Positions 9,570 through 18,726 of a stretch of DNA of 64,000 nt are shown here, piece by piece (the first letter of the stretch is position 1; every line of letters starts with the position of its first letter). Under the pieces are notes generated by a model. It saw nothing but the letters and a program-made list of their open reading frames with translations, was not told the DNA's origin and did no database searches. The stretch comes from Acidimicrobiia bacterium (GTDB taxonomy: Bacteria; Actinomycetota; Acidimicrobiia; Spongiisociales; UBA5794): positions 2,564 through 66,563 of the forward strand of contig JASJDZ010000043.1 in assembly GCA_030065575.1 (NCBI GenBank), in the 5' to 3' direction. The position numbers and the translations under genes were made by a program.

Positions 9570-10579
9570 CCTCCACTTCCCCGGATGCGCTGGTTGCCGG
9601 TACGCAGGCGCCCTGGCGTCGCTGGCTACGCCGTCATGGTTGGACATTGGGTGTCTGGCTCCTCCTGTTCCTGCTGATCGCCTATTACGCCACTCTCATT
9701 CCACGGTTCGGCGCCTTCCAGGTTGCGTCGATCGTCAACAACGCAACACCGCTCGTCTTCCTCGCCGTTGCCCAGGCCGTGATCGTTATCGCCGGGGGCA
9801 TCGATCTCGGCGTGGGCGGCATGCTTGTCCTGTCCAGCGTCACCGCAGCGCGGTTAATGGAGGGCCAACCCTTCGGCGTCACCATTGTTCTCGCTGTACT
9901 GATCCTTCTTGCCGCCGCGGTCATCAACTCCGGCGTTGGCTGGATCATCACCCGATCCAATGTGCCCGACATCGTTATCACTCTCGGATCTCTGTATGTG
10001 TTCCAGGGCTTGGCGCTCGCGGTCCTTCCCAACCCGGGGGGAGGGACGAGCGAGGGATTCCGCTGGCTGTTCACCGGATCTGACACCGGAATCGGCACCA
10101 ACCCGTGGCCGGCCGCTGTCATGATGACGGTAGCCGTGGCCGCGGTCGCCTGGTGGATGGGCAAGACCAGGAGTGGTCTGTCTCTGTACGCTGCTGGGAG
10201 CGATAGGACTGCCGCTTTCCTCTCAGGGATCAACGCCGATCGCGTCAAGATCATGGCCTATGCGGTCGGTGGCGCCTTCGCTGCCCTGGCCGGGTTGGCC
10301 AACACAGCAATCGCGGGTCGCGGCAACGCAACGACGGTGGGCGGCAATCTCACGCTCAACTCGGTCGCAGCGATCGTGCTCGGTGGTGTCGCCCTCACCG
10401 GCGGAATTGGGTCTGCCATTGCAGTAGTGCCCGCCGGGATCATCCTGTTCTTCCTCAATCCGATCCTCACCGCAATGGGAGTCGACCCGAGTAGTGCCCA
10501 GGTGATCCAGGGCGTTCTGATCGTGTTTGTGATGGCGGCGACGGGGATAATCGAATGGCGAAGGAGGAGGCAGGCATGA
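9566..10579 (+). CDS. Sugar ABC transporter permease.
   Basis: It is a polytopic membrane protein of the RbsC/AraH type. Its ATG overlaps the ATPase stop as ATGA. Confidence 0.8.
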   Translation: MTSTSPDALVAGTQAPWRRWLRRHGWTLGVWLLLFLLIAYYATLIPRFGAFQVASIVNNATPLVFLAVAQAVIVIAGGIDLGVGGMLVLSSVTAARLMEGQPFGVTIVLAVLILLAAAVINSGVGWIITRSNVPDIVITLGSLYVFQGLALAVLPNPGGGTSEGFRWLFTGSDTGIGTNPWPAAVMMTVAVAAVAWWMGKTRSGLSLYAAGSDRTAAFLSGINADRVKIMAYAVGGAFAALAGLANTAIAGRGNATTVGGNLTLNSVAAIVLGGVALTGGIGSAIAVVPAGIILFFLNPILTAMGVDPSSAQVIQGVLIVFVMAATGIIEWRRRRQA

Positions 10580-11577
10580 GCACGGATCTCATCCCTCTCT
10601 CCGAGGAAGAAGCCGCCGTCTCTGGTCGACAGAAGGCCGCCCGGTACCTGGTCAACCATCCCCACCTCGTACTCATCGGCGTCCTTGTCTTGCTGATCAT
10701 CCTGACCGGGCTCATCGAACCGAATTACCTGAGCATCAACGGCCTCCGCAATTCGGCGCTGTTTGCCGTTCCGATCGGCATACTCGCTGCGGGTCAGACG
10801 ATCCTGATGTTGACGGGCGGTATCGACCTGTCGGCGGCGATGATCGCCACCGGGGCCGCCTACATTGCCGCAAACCAATCGCCACAGGGTGCGGTGATCG
10901 CCATCCTGGGTGGTCTGCTCGTTGGTTTCCTGGCCGGTGCCGCCAACGGCATCGGGGTCGGGATCTTCCAGGTCAACCCTCTGATCATGACCCTCGCCAT
11001 GTCGGGCATCCTGCTGGGCCTATTCACTTCGTGGGCGCAGACAATCTTCTCGGGGTCAACCCGCATGGGTGACTTCATCAGGACGTTGGGAGGCGGATCG
11101 TTCTTCGGTCGGGCCATACCTTGGGCAGTGGTCGTCTGGGCGGTGCTTTCGGTGTTTGTTGTCTACATGCTGCGCCGGAGCGGTTTCGGACGGAACCTCT
11201 ATGCCCTCGGTGACAACCCTGCCGTCGCCCGCCTGTCCGGCACCCGGGCTTGGCAGGTCCTGATCATTGTGTACACGATGGCCGGCGTCTTCGCTGCCAT
11301 AGCCGGTCTCTTGCTCGGCGGTCGGGTCGGAGCCGTCGATCTCCAACTGGCCGGGGTGTTCCTACTTCCGTCGGTGGCGGCGGCGGTCATCGGCGGAACA
11401 TCCATCTTCGGCGGAATCGGCACCTACACCGGCACCATCCTCGGCGCCCTGATTCTCGGCGTGCTCCAATCGCTTCTCACGTTCCTCGGGGCAGGCCAGG
11501 CCGTGCAACAAATGCTGTACGGCAGCATCGTCATCGGTTTGTCCTGGCTCTACACCAGGATTTCCGCAGCACAGTAA
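10576..11577 (+). CDS. Sugar ABC transporter permease (second subunit).
   Basis: It is a polytopic membrane protein. Its ATG sits after AGGAGGAGG and overlaps the upstream stop as ATGA. Confidence 0.8.
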   Translation: MSTDLIPLSEEEAAVSGRQKAARYLVNHPHLVLIGVLVLLIILTGLIEPNYLSINGLRNSALFAVPIGILAAGQTILMLTGGIDLSAAMIATGAAYIAANQSPQGAVIAILGGLLVGFLAGAANGIGVGIFQVNPLIMTLAMSGILLGLFTSWAQTIFSGSTRMGDFIRTLGGGSFFGRAIPWAVVVWAVLSVFVVYMLRRSGFGRNLYALGDNPAVARLSGTRAWQVLIIVYTMAGVFAAIAGLLLGGRVGAVDLQLAGVFLLPSVAAAVIGGTSIFGGIGTYTGTILGALILGVLQSLLTFLGAGQAVQQMLYGSIVIGLSWLYTRISAAQ

Positions 11578-11581
11578 GGAG

Positions 11582-12745
11582 ATGGTCGACATGCATCTGA
11601 GCGAGATCAAAGCAGGTGTGGTCGGCGTCGGTTTCATTGGGGTTGCCCACGTTGAAGCGCTGCGTCGACTCGGAGTCGATGTGGTCGGTGTCGTGGGCTC
11701 AAGCCCGGAAAGAGCCAGGGCGAAGGCGGAGGCGGCGAATCTGCCGCGCGTCTACGACGGCATAGAGGCAATGGCCGCCGATCCCGAGATCGATGTCATC
11801 CACATCGCCAGTCCCAACTACGCACATGCCGGGCAAGCGCGGATAGTCCTCGACGCCGGCAAGCATGTTGTTTGTGAGAAGCCGCTGGCGCTGACGTCAG
11901 AGGAGACGGCGGATCTCGTGGCCAGGGCAGCAACCGCCGGGCTCGTCAACGCCGTTTGCTTCAACATCCGCTTCTATCCGAATTGCCATCAGGCCAGATC
12001 CCTCGTGGCATCCGGCGACATCGGCACTCCCCGGTTGATCAGCGGCAGCTACCTGCAGGACTGGTTGCTGCTCGAGACCGACTGGAACTGGCGCCTCGAG
12101 TCGGAGAAGGCTGGGGCGCTGCGTGCTGTTGCCGACATTGGCTCACACTGGCTCGACCTGGCCCGGTTCATCACCGGGGCGCATGTGACGGAAGTGATGG
12201 CTGATCTTCACACCTTCGTCAAGACTCGCAAGCATCCGGCCGGGCCCGTCGAGACCTTCGCCGTCACCGGTGACGATGAGGAACTGATCGAGGAGGCGAT
12301 GGAGTCCGACGACAGCGCCGGGGTCTTGCTGCGCTTTGACAACGGAGCGCGAGGTGTCGTCACGATCTCGCAAGTATCGGCTGGACGTAAGAACTCAGTC
12401 TCGATCGAAGTCGACGGCAGCGAATCCGCACTGTCCTGGTTCTCGGAGAACCCTGATCATCTCTGGATCGGCCACCGGGGCCGACCGAACGAGATCCTGC
12501 AGCGAGACCCTTCCCTGGCGAGCCCGGACGCCGCTCGTACCATCGGCTACCCGGGGGGACACGTCGAGGGCTATCCCGATACGTTCCGGGCGCTCTTCGC
12601 CGAAGTCTACGCCGATGTTGCCGCCGGGGGACCGGCCGTCGATCCTCGCTATCCGACATTCGCCGACGGCCACGATGCGCTCCTGGTGACTGAGGCAGTC
12701 GCCCGGAGCTCACAAGAACAACGTTGGATCCATATCGAAAGATGA
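11582..12745 (+). CDS. Gfo/Idh/MocA-family NAD(P)-dependent oxidoreductase. The start may instead be at 11591.
   Basis: It has an N-terminal Rossmann motif (GVVGVGFIGVAHVEAL) and a consensus EKP motif (VVCEKPLA). Confidence 0.85.
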   Translation: MVDMHLSEIKAGVVGVGFIGVAHVEALRRLGVDVVGVVGSSPERARAKAEAANLPRVYDGIEAMAADPEIDVIHIASPNYAHAGQARIVLDAGKHVVCEKPLALTSEETADLVARAATAGLVNAVCFNIRFYPNCHQARSLVASGDIGTPRLISGSYLQDWLLLETDWNWRLESEKAGALRAVADIGSHWLDLARFITGAHVTEVMADLHTFVKTRKHPAGPVETFAVTGDDEELIEEAMESDDSAGVLLRFDNGARGVVTISQVSAGRKNSVSIEVDGSESALSWFSENPDHLWIGHRGRPNEILQRDPSLASPDAARTIGYPGGHVEGYPDTFRALFAEVYADVAAGGPAVDPRYPTFADGHDALLVTEAVARSSQEQRWIHIER

Positions 12746-12755
12746 GGAGGAAAGC

Positions 12756-13670
12756 ATGAAGCTCGGTTTGCTCACCGCACCCTTCCCGGAGACGCCTCTC
12801 GACGAGGTCGCCGACTGGACCGCTGGCAATGGGTTCACCGCAATCGAGATCGCCTGCTGGCCGGCCACCAGCGGTGATACCCGTCGCTACGCCGGTACCA
12901 GCCATATCGATGTCGACGAGATCTCCGATACCGAGGCGTCAGACATAATGGGCGGGATGAAAGACCGGGGCCTGGAAGTGTCGGGTCTCGGCTACTACCC
13001 CAACCCGCTCCACCCCGATCAGGCGCACGCACGGATGGTTATTGACCATCTGAAGAAGGTGATCGTGGCCGCAGGCAAGATGGGTGTGCCCGTAGTCAAT
13101 ACCTTCGTTGGTGCCGACCGTGCACTGACTCAGGATGAGAACTGGGAAAAGGCGACCCGGGTGTGGCCGGAAATCGTGAATTGCGCCGCTGACAACGGTG
13201 TCAAGATCGCCATTGAGAACTGCCCGATGATCTTCTCCAAGGACGAGTGGCCGTCTGGTCACAACGTCGCCTACAACCCAAAGACATGGCGAAGGATGTT
13301 CGAGGAGTTCGGCGAGACGGTCGGCCTCAACTTCGACCCATCGCACCTGATCTGGCTGATGATCGACATTGAGCAAGCCATCCTGGAGTTCGGGGAACGG
13401 TTCTACTTCTTCCAGGCGAAAGACGTCATGATCGACTACGAAGGTCTCTACGAGAACGGAAGCCTGTCCTCAGGCATGGGCTGGCAGGTTCCGCGTCTTC
13501 CCGGGCTCGGCGACGTTGATTGGGCGATCGTGTTCCGTTCGCTCTACCGGGTCGGCTACGACGGGCCGATCATCATTGAACATGAGGATCGTGACTTCGA
13601 GCAGACAGACGACCTGGTCAAGCGCGGGTTCCTGCTCGCCCGCGACGTACTGGCGCCATACGTCCACTAG
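12756..13670 (+). CDS. Sugar phosphate isomerase/epimerase (xylose-isomerase-like TIM barrel).
   Basis: It has a TIM-barrel fold with metal-ligand His/Glu/Asp positions, similar to IolE/LgdB/DgpB-type enzymes. Confidence 0.85.
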   Translation: MKLGLLTAPFPETPLDEVADWTAGNGFTAIEIACWPATSGDTRRYAGTSHIDVDEISDTEASDIMGGMKDRGLEVSGLGYYPNPLHPDQAHARMVIDHLKKVIVAAGKMGVPVVNTFVGADRALTQDENWEKATRVWPEIVNCAADNGVKIAIENCPMIFSKDEWPSGHNVAYNPKTWRRMFEEFGETVGLNFDPSHLIWLMIDIEQAILEFGERFYFFQAKDVMIDYEGLYENGSLSSGMGWQVPRLPGLGDVDWAIVFRSLYRVGYDGPIIIEHEDRDFEQTDDLVKRGFLLARDVLAPYVH

Positions 13671-13687
13671 AGCCTAGAACTACAGCT

Positions 13688-15022
13688 TTGAGGAACTACC
13701 AGGAGCACGGCCGATATGACGTGGTGGTCGTCGGATCCGGTTCTGCCGGGTCGACGGCCGCCATTGCATCAGCGCGCGCAGGCGCAAGGACGTTACTGAT
13801 CGAGAAACTTCCGTTCCTCGGTGGCAATTCGACTGCGGTACTGGACACGTTCTACGGCTTCTACACACCGGGGGAGAGGGCCCGCAAGGTCGTGGCCGGG
13901 ATCGGTGACGATGTTGTCGCCGGACTCAAGGCGCTCGGGGAGGTGGTGGTGCGCCCCAACACCTATGGCGCCGGTACGGGGGTGACCTACCTGGCAGAGC
14001 ACTTGAAGGTTGTTTGGGAAGGCCTCGTCCTGACCGCAGGTGTGGATGTTCTCCTCCACGCCTTCGTTCAGGACGCAGGCGGAACCGACGGGCGCGTCAA
14101 CGAGCTCGTTGTTGCCACCAAGGCGGGCCTGATGCGTGTCGAGGCGACCACGGTCGTAGACGCTTCAGGCGATGCCGATGTCTGTCACCACGCAGGGCTC
14201 GGATACGAGCTCGCAGGATCGATCGCACCGGCACAGACGCTGACAACCACCTTCCGCATGGCCAACGTCAACATGGATAGGCGGAGGACGATCACCAAGG
14301 ACGACCTCCACGCCGTAATGGCTGAGGCCGCTGAGTCAGGCGACTACGACCTGCCGCGCCGGGAAGGCAGCGACCACATCACCCCGGTCGACGGGATGAT
14401 TGCCACCGTGATGACGCGAATCAATCACGTCGTGAAGGAAGATGACGGTACCGTGCGCAACGCTACCGACCCGAACCTCCTCACTGCTGCGGAGATCGAA
14501 GGCAGACGGCAAGCCCTCGAGTACGCAAGATTCCTGATCGATCGGGTACCCGGCTACGAGAACGCGGCAATCGTTGCCCTGTCCAGCCAGATCGGTCTCC
14601 GCGAGACGCGCCGCGTCTACGGCGACTACCGGCTGTCCCGAGCAGACGTTCTCGCCGCTCGGCAATTTGACGATCAGATCGGTCTGTGCGGAGCACCCAT
14701 CGAGGATCACCACGGTGGCGCCGGGACAGGCACGACCTGGGAGTACCTCCCCGAAGGCGAAGCAGTGGGCATCCCACTGCGAACCCTGATCGCGCGAGAT
14801 GGGCAGAACGTAATGATTGCGGGTCGTTGCTTCTCAGCCGAGCACGACGCACAGGCTTCTGTGCGCTCGATGGCTCAATGCATGGCAATGGGACAGGCGG
14901 CGGGAGTCGTCGCCGCGCTTGCCGCCGGGAGCGGCGGTGAGGTGAGATCGGTTCCAACTGCTGACGCTCAGACCGCACTTCGCAATGCCGGTGCGGTGCT
15001 GAGCATCGGGGAGGCCGGCTAG
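13688..15022 (+). CDS. FAD-dependent oxidoreductase.
   Basis: It has a TTG start and an N-terminal dinucleotide-binding motif (DVVVVGSGSAGSTAAIASA...LLIEK). At about 444 aa it resembles the FAD_oxidored / HI0933-like class. Confidence 0.75.
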   Translation: MRNYQEHGRYDVVVVGSGSAGSTAAIASARAGARTLLIEKLPFLGGNSTAVLDTFYGFYTPGERARKVVAGIGDDVVAGLKALGEVVVRPNTYGAGTGVTYLAEHLKVVWEGLVLTAGVDVLLHAFVQDAGGTDGRVNELVVATKAGLMRVEATTVVDASGDADVCHHAGLGYELAGSIAPAQTLTTTFRMANVNMDRRRTITKDDLHAVMAEAAESGDYDLPRREGSDHITPVDGMIATVMTRINHVVKEDDGTVRNATDPNLLTAAEIEGRRQALEYARFLIDRVPGYENAAIVALSSQIGLRETRRVYGDYRLSRADVLAARQFDDQIGLCGAPIEDHHGGAGTGTTWEYLPEGEAVGIPLRTLIARDGQNVMIAGRCFSAEHDAQASVRSMAQCMAMGQAAGVVAALAAGSGGEVRSVPTADAQTALRNAGAVLSIGEAG

Positions 15023-15988
15023 ATGGCGTTCGTGCGTACGGTTACCGGGGACGTGCCACCACACGAACTCGGTGTTACCTATGCACATGAGCACGTCGTG
15101 CTCGATGCGCCGATTGCGCAAGACCGCTTTCCTCACGCGTTTCTCGATGACGACGACGCAGCCTTATCAGAACTACGCGCTTGCGCCGAGGTAGGTGTGA
15201 AGGCGATGGCCGATGCGCTTCCGTGTGCGATCGGCCGGCACCCGGAACGCCTTGCAGAAATCAGCCGCGCCGTCGGCGTTCACATCATCGCCAGCACCGG
15301 CGCTCACACCAGCAAGTGGTATCCAGGGCTCTCCTGGGCCAACGAGCTACCGGCACCACAACTGACCGAGCTGTTTGTCGCCGATATCGAAATTGGGATC
15401 GACCGGTTCGACTACTGCGGGCCGGTAATCGAGCGGACACCCCATCGCGCAGGCCTCATCAAAGTTGGCACCCTTCAGGACGACCCCAACGAGCGTGACC
15501 GGCGAACCTTCGCCGCAGCGGCCGCGACCCACCGCCGCACCGGCGCACCGATCATTACTCACTGCGAGGAGGGAAGGGGTGGCCGGGAGCAGATTGAGCT
15601 CTTCGCTGAGTACGGCATCAGCCCAGATTGTGTAGTGCTTTCCCATACGGACAAGGTCCAAGACGTTGGCTACCACCTGGACCTGGTGGGGGCGGGGGCC
15701 TTCCTCGAGTTTGATCAAGCACTCCGCCATCCGATAGGTCCGACCAATCCGACCGTGCGTATCGTCACCGAGTTGGTGTCGTCTGGCTTCGGGTCCCAGG
15801 TGATGCTTGGCACCGACGGTGCTCGTCGCTCTCTGTTGACGGCATACGGGGGAGCGCCGGGATTGGCGGCGCTGGCAACCGGCGTGACGGAAGCACTCAA
15901 GAACGAGGGGGTCTCGGATGAGTCTCTCAATACCATCTTCGTCGATAACCCCGCTCGATTCTTCAGTTTCCGCGAGGTGGCAGAATGA
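15023..15988 (+). CDS. Phosphotriesterase-family (PTE/PHP) metal-dependent hydrolase, possibly a lactonase.
   Basis: It has the HxH metal motif (THEHVV) at the N-terminus of an amidohydrolase TIM barrel, and is about 321 aa. Confidence 0.8.
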   Translation: MAFVRTVTGDVPPHELGVTYAHEHVVLDAPIAQDRFPHAFLDDDDAALSELRACAEVGVKAMADALPCAIGRHPERLAEISRAVGVHIIASTGAHTSKWYPGLSWANELPAPQLTELFVADIEIGIDRFDYCGPVIERTPHRAGLIKVGTLQDDPNERDRRTFAAAAATHRRTGAPIITHCEEGRGGREQIELFAEYGISPDCVVLSHTDKVQDVGYHLDLVGAGAFLEFDQALRHPIGPTNPTVRIVTELVSSGFGSQVMLGTDGARRSLLTAYGGAPGLAALATGVTEALKNEGVSDESLNTIFVDNPARFFSFREVAE

Positions 15989-17037
15989 CGGATGTCGGCC
16001 GGCCATACCCGGACAGGGCTATCGCCGTCGGGAAACTCGCTCCCGGCATCGGCAATCTTGGGCTTCGCACTCAGGCTGTCAGGCGACCGGCGGAGGACGA
16101 AGCGGTGCTCGAGATCATTGCGACCGGCATCTGCGGTACCGATCTTCACATCGCAGACGACGAGTTCCCCTCCGAGCCGCCGGTGACGATGGGTCACGAG
16201 ATCACCGGAGAGGTTGCTGGGATCGGATCCGGCGTCGACTCCTCATGGTTGGGTGCGAGGGTTGTCTGCGAGACCTACTTCGCGACCTGCGGGGCGTGCA
16301 TCTACTGCCGCAACGGGAAGCCGAACCTATGTGCTGGGCGACGATCAATCGGCTCCCGTGTCGACGGCGGCTTTAGCCGCTGGCTGACCATCCCGGTTCG
16401 TAACCTATGGCGAGTGCCCGACCATGTCGGCAGGCACGGCGCAGCGCTAGCGGAACCACTCGCCTGTGTAGCGCGATGCATCTTCGATCCTCCGGTCATC
16501 AATCCCGGAGATAGCGTCCTTGTCGTCGGTCCCGGCGCTATGGGCCAGCTGACCGCCCAGTGCGCTCGGGCTGCGGGAGGAGTAGTCACGCTCGTGGGTC
16601 TGCAGCGTGACTCGGCGCGCCTCGAAGTGGCAGCGTCGATGGGTTTCAATGTGGTCGAGGCCGATGGCGACGTGACCGATCTCGGCGAGTTCGATGTCGT
16701 TGCCGAAGCATCCGGTAGCGAGGGTGGCGCTCGCACCGCACTCGACTCTGTCCGCAAGGGTGGGGCGTACATCCAGGTAGGCATCTTCGGCAAGCCAATC
16801 CAGGCGATGCTGGATGCATTCGTGTACGGGGAGCTGATTGTGCGGTCGGCGAACGCCAGCACCCCGAGTTCCTGGCGGAGAGCGATGCTGCTCCTCGATT
16901 CCGGCCTGATCGACCTTGATCGGCTGGTGAGCGACGTGTACGCACTCGAGGATTGGGAACAGGCATTCGCCGCCACCAGGGCTGGACAAGGGCTCAAAAT
17001 CGTTATCGATCCTCGTCTCCCGGCTCGCAACACCTGA
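15985..17037 (+). CDS. Zinc-dependent medium-chain alcohol/polyol dehydrogenase.
   Basis: It has a catalytic Zn motif (GHEITGEV), a structural Zn motif (CGACIYCRNGKPNLC) and a GPGAMG NAD motif. Its start overlaps the upstream stop. Confidence 0.85.
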   Translation: MTDVGRPYPDRAIAVGKLAPGIGNLGLRTQAVRRPAEDEAVLEIIATGICGTDLHIADDEFPSEPPVTMGHEITGEVAGIGSGVDSSWLGARVVCETYFATCGACIYCRNGKPNLCAGRRSIGSRVDGGFSRWLTIPVRNLWRVPDHVGRHGAALAEPLACVARCIFDPPVINPGDSVLVVGPGAMGQLTAQCARAAGGVVTLVGLQRDSARLEVAASMGFNVVEADGDVTDLGEFDVVAEASGSEGGARTALDSVRKGGAYIQVGIFGKPIQAMLDAFVYGELIVRSANASTPSSWRRAMLLLDSGLIDLDRLVSDVYALEDWEQAFAATRAGQGLKIVIDPRLPARNT

Positions 17038-17065
17038 CTCGACAATTGGCCGAAAGGAAGTTCGC

Positions 17066-17878
17066 ATGACTATCGGAGCAACACCCGAAGCAAGTTGGAG
17101 GACTGCCCTCATCGGCCCCAGCGCAGTCGTGACCGGCGTATCGAACGGCATCGGTAGATCGATCGCTGTTGCCCTGGCCGAGGCAGGGGCAAACGTGGCT
17201 GGGTGTTACGGGTCGGATCACCAAGGTGCGCAGCGGGTTCGCAACCAGATTGCCGCCACGGGCAGGGACTCTTACATCATCCAGGCTGACACGGGAGATC
17301 CCGCCACGGCTGAGACTCTGGCCACCGAAGCCGTTGATCGGTGGGGATCCCTCGACATCTGGGTCAACAATGCCGCTCGGCTCATGGTCAAGCCCGTTGT
17401 GGAAACCACCGACGAGGATTGGCACGGCCTGCTGGCGGCCAATCTTCACGGCTTCTTCTACGGCTCGCGGGCTGCAGCAACGATCATGTACGGCCAGAAG
17501 CGTGGCCGCATCATCAACATCACATCTGCGGCAGACGTTCTGGTAGTAGAGAATCTCGGTACCTACATCGCAGCCAAGGGCGGGATCATCGGGCTTACGA
17601 AGACCCTGGCTCTAGAAGCCGCGCGGCATCAGGTCACCGTGAACGCCGTATCCCCGGGGGCCATCGATACCCCTCTGAATCTGAAGGCGTACACACCAGA
17701 GGTGCGTCGTACCTACGAAGCACGGATCCCGCTCGGACGGATCGGCGCGGAGGATGAGATCGCCGACGTGGTCGCCTTCGTTGCGTCGAACGCCTCCCGC
17801 TACCTCACCGGCCAAGAGATCGTTGTTGACGGCGGACTGGTGATCAACGGCACTGTCGGTCACGCCCTGGACGAATGA
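17066..17878 (+). CDS. SDR-family oxidoreductase.
   Basis: It has a TGVSNGIGRS cofactor motif, an NNAA motif and a YIAAK catalytic dyad. Confidence 0.85.
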   Translation: MTIGATPEASWRTALIGPSAVVTGVSNGIGRSIAVALAEAGANVAGCYGSDHQGAQRVRNQIAATGRDSYIIQADTGDPATAETLATEAVDRWGSLDIWVNNAARLMVKPVVETTDEDWHGLLAANLHGFFYGSRAAATIMYGQKRGRIINITSAADVLVVENLGTYIAAKGGIIGLTKTLALEAARHQVTVNAVSPGAIDTPLNLKAYTPEVRRTYEARIPLGRIGAEDEIADVVAFVASNASRYLTGQEIVVDGGLVINGTVGHALDE

Positions 17879-18726
17879 TGGGCCGGGTCAATGCAATCGA
17901 GGTGCTGGTCGAAGGGCTCGACCACCCCGAGGGTGTCGCCTACGACCACCACTCGGGGATCCTGTACGCAGGGGGCGAAGCGGGCCAGATCTACGCAATT
18001 GATCCCGAGGAACGTACCGTCCGAGAGATCGCAAGAACTCCCGGATTCGTGCTCGGCCTGGCTGTCGATGGTCGCGGCCGTTTGGTCATCTGCGACTCGG
18101 TTGACGCAGCCATCTGGGTGCTCGAGGACGGCAGGCTACGGCGGCTCCTCGACCGCGCCGGAGATCGCAAGCTAATGCTGCCCAACTACCCGGCATTCGG
18201 CCCGGACGGAACCCTCTACTTCTCCGATTCGGGCAAATGGAAGGAGAACAACGGTGCGATGATCCGGGTGGCTCCCGACGGGGAGGCGACTGTGCTCGAC
18301 GCAACCCTCAATCGGTTCACCAACGGTTGTGCAGTGACCCCAGACGGTTCTGAACTCTGGGTGGTCCAGTCCTTGGGCCCGGTGGCCAAGATCAGCCTGA
18401 CCGGCGAGGGAACCGCGGAGGTTGCTGTCGAGCTCCCGGGCACGATCCCCGACGGAGTCGCATTCACCAAAGACGGGGGAGCGGTTCTCACTTGCTACCG
18501 CCCGGATCGTATCTACTACCTGGACCGGGATGGCAGGTTAGAGATCCTGGCTGAGGATCCGGAGGGAACCCTGATGGCTGCCCCGACCAACGTCTGCTTC
18601 CTGGGTGGCGATCGCACGACCTTGGTCTCGGCCAACCTGGGACGATGGCACTTGACGCTGCTGGAGACCGATCTGACCGGCGTCGTTCCCCATGCCCCGG
18701 AGACTTGGGCGGCTGACGTGTTATGA
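17875..18726 (+). CDS. SMP-30/gluconolactonase/LRE-family lactonase.
   Basis: It has six-bladed propeller signatures (EGVAYD, GRLVICD, PNYPAFGPDGTLYFSD, PDGVAF). Its start overlaps the upstream stop as ATGA. Confidence 0.8.
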   Translation: MMGRVNAIEVLVEGLDHPEGVAYDHHSGILYAGGEAGQIYAIDPEERTVREIARTPGFVLGLAVDGRGRLVICDSVDAAIWVLEDGRLRRLLDRAGDRKLMLPNYPAFGPDGTLYFSDSGKWKENNGAMIRVAPDGEATVLDATLNRFTNGCAVTPDGSELWVVQSLGPVAKISLTGEGTAEVAVELPGTIPDGVAFTKDGGAVLTCYRPDRIYYLDRDGRLEILAEDPEGTLMAAPTNVCFLGGDRTTLVSANLGRWHLTLLETDLTGVVPHAPETWAADVL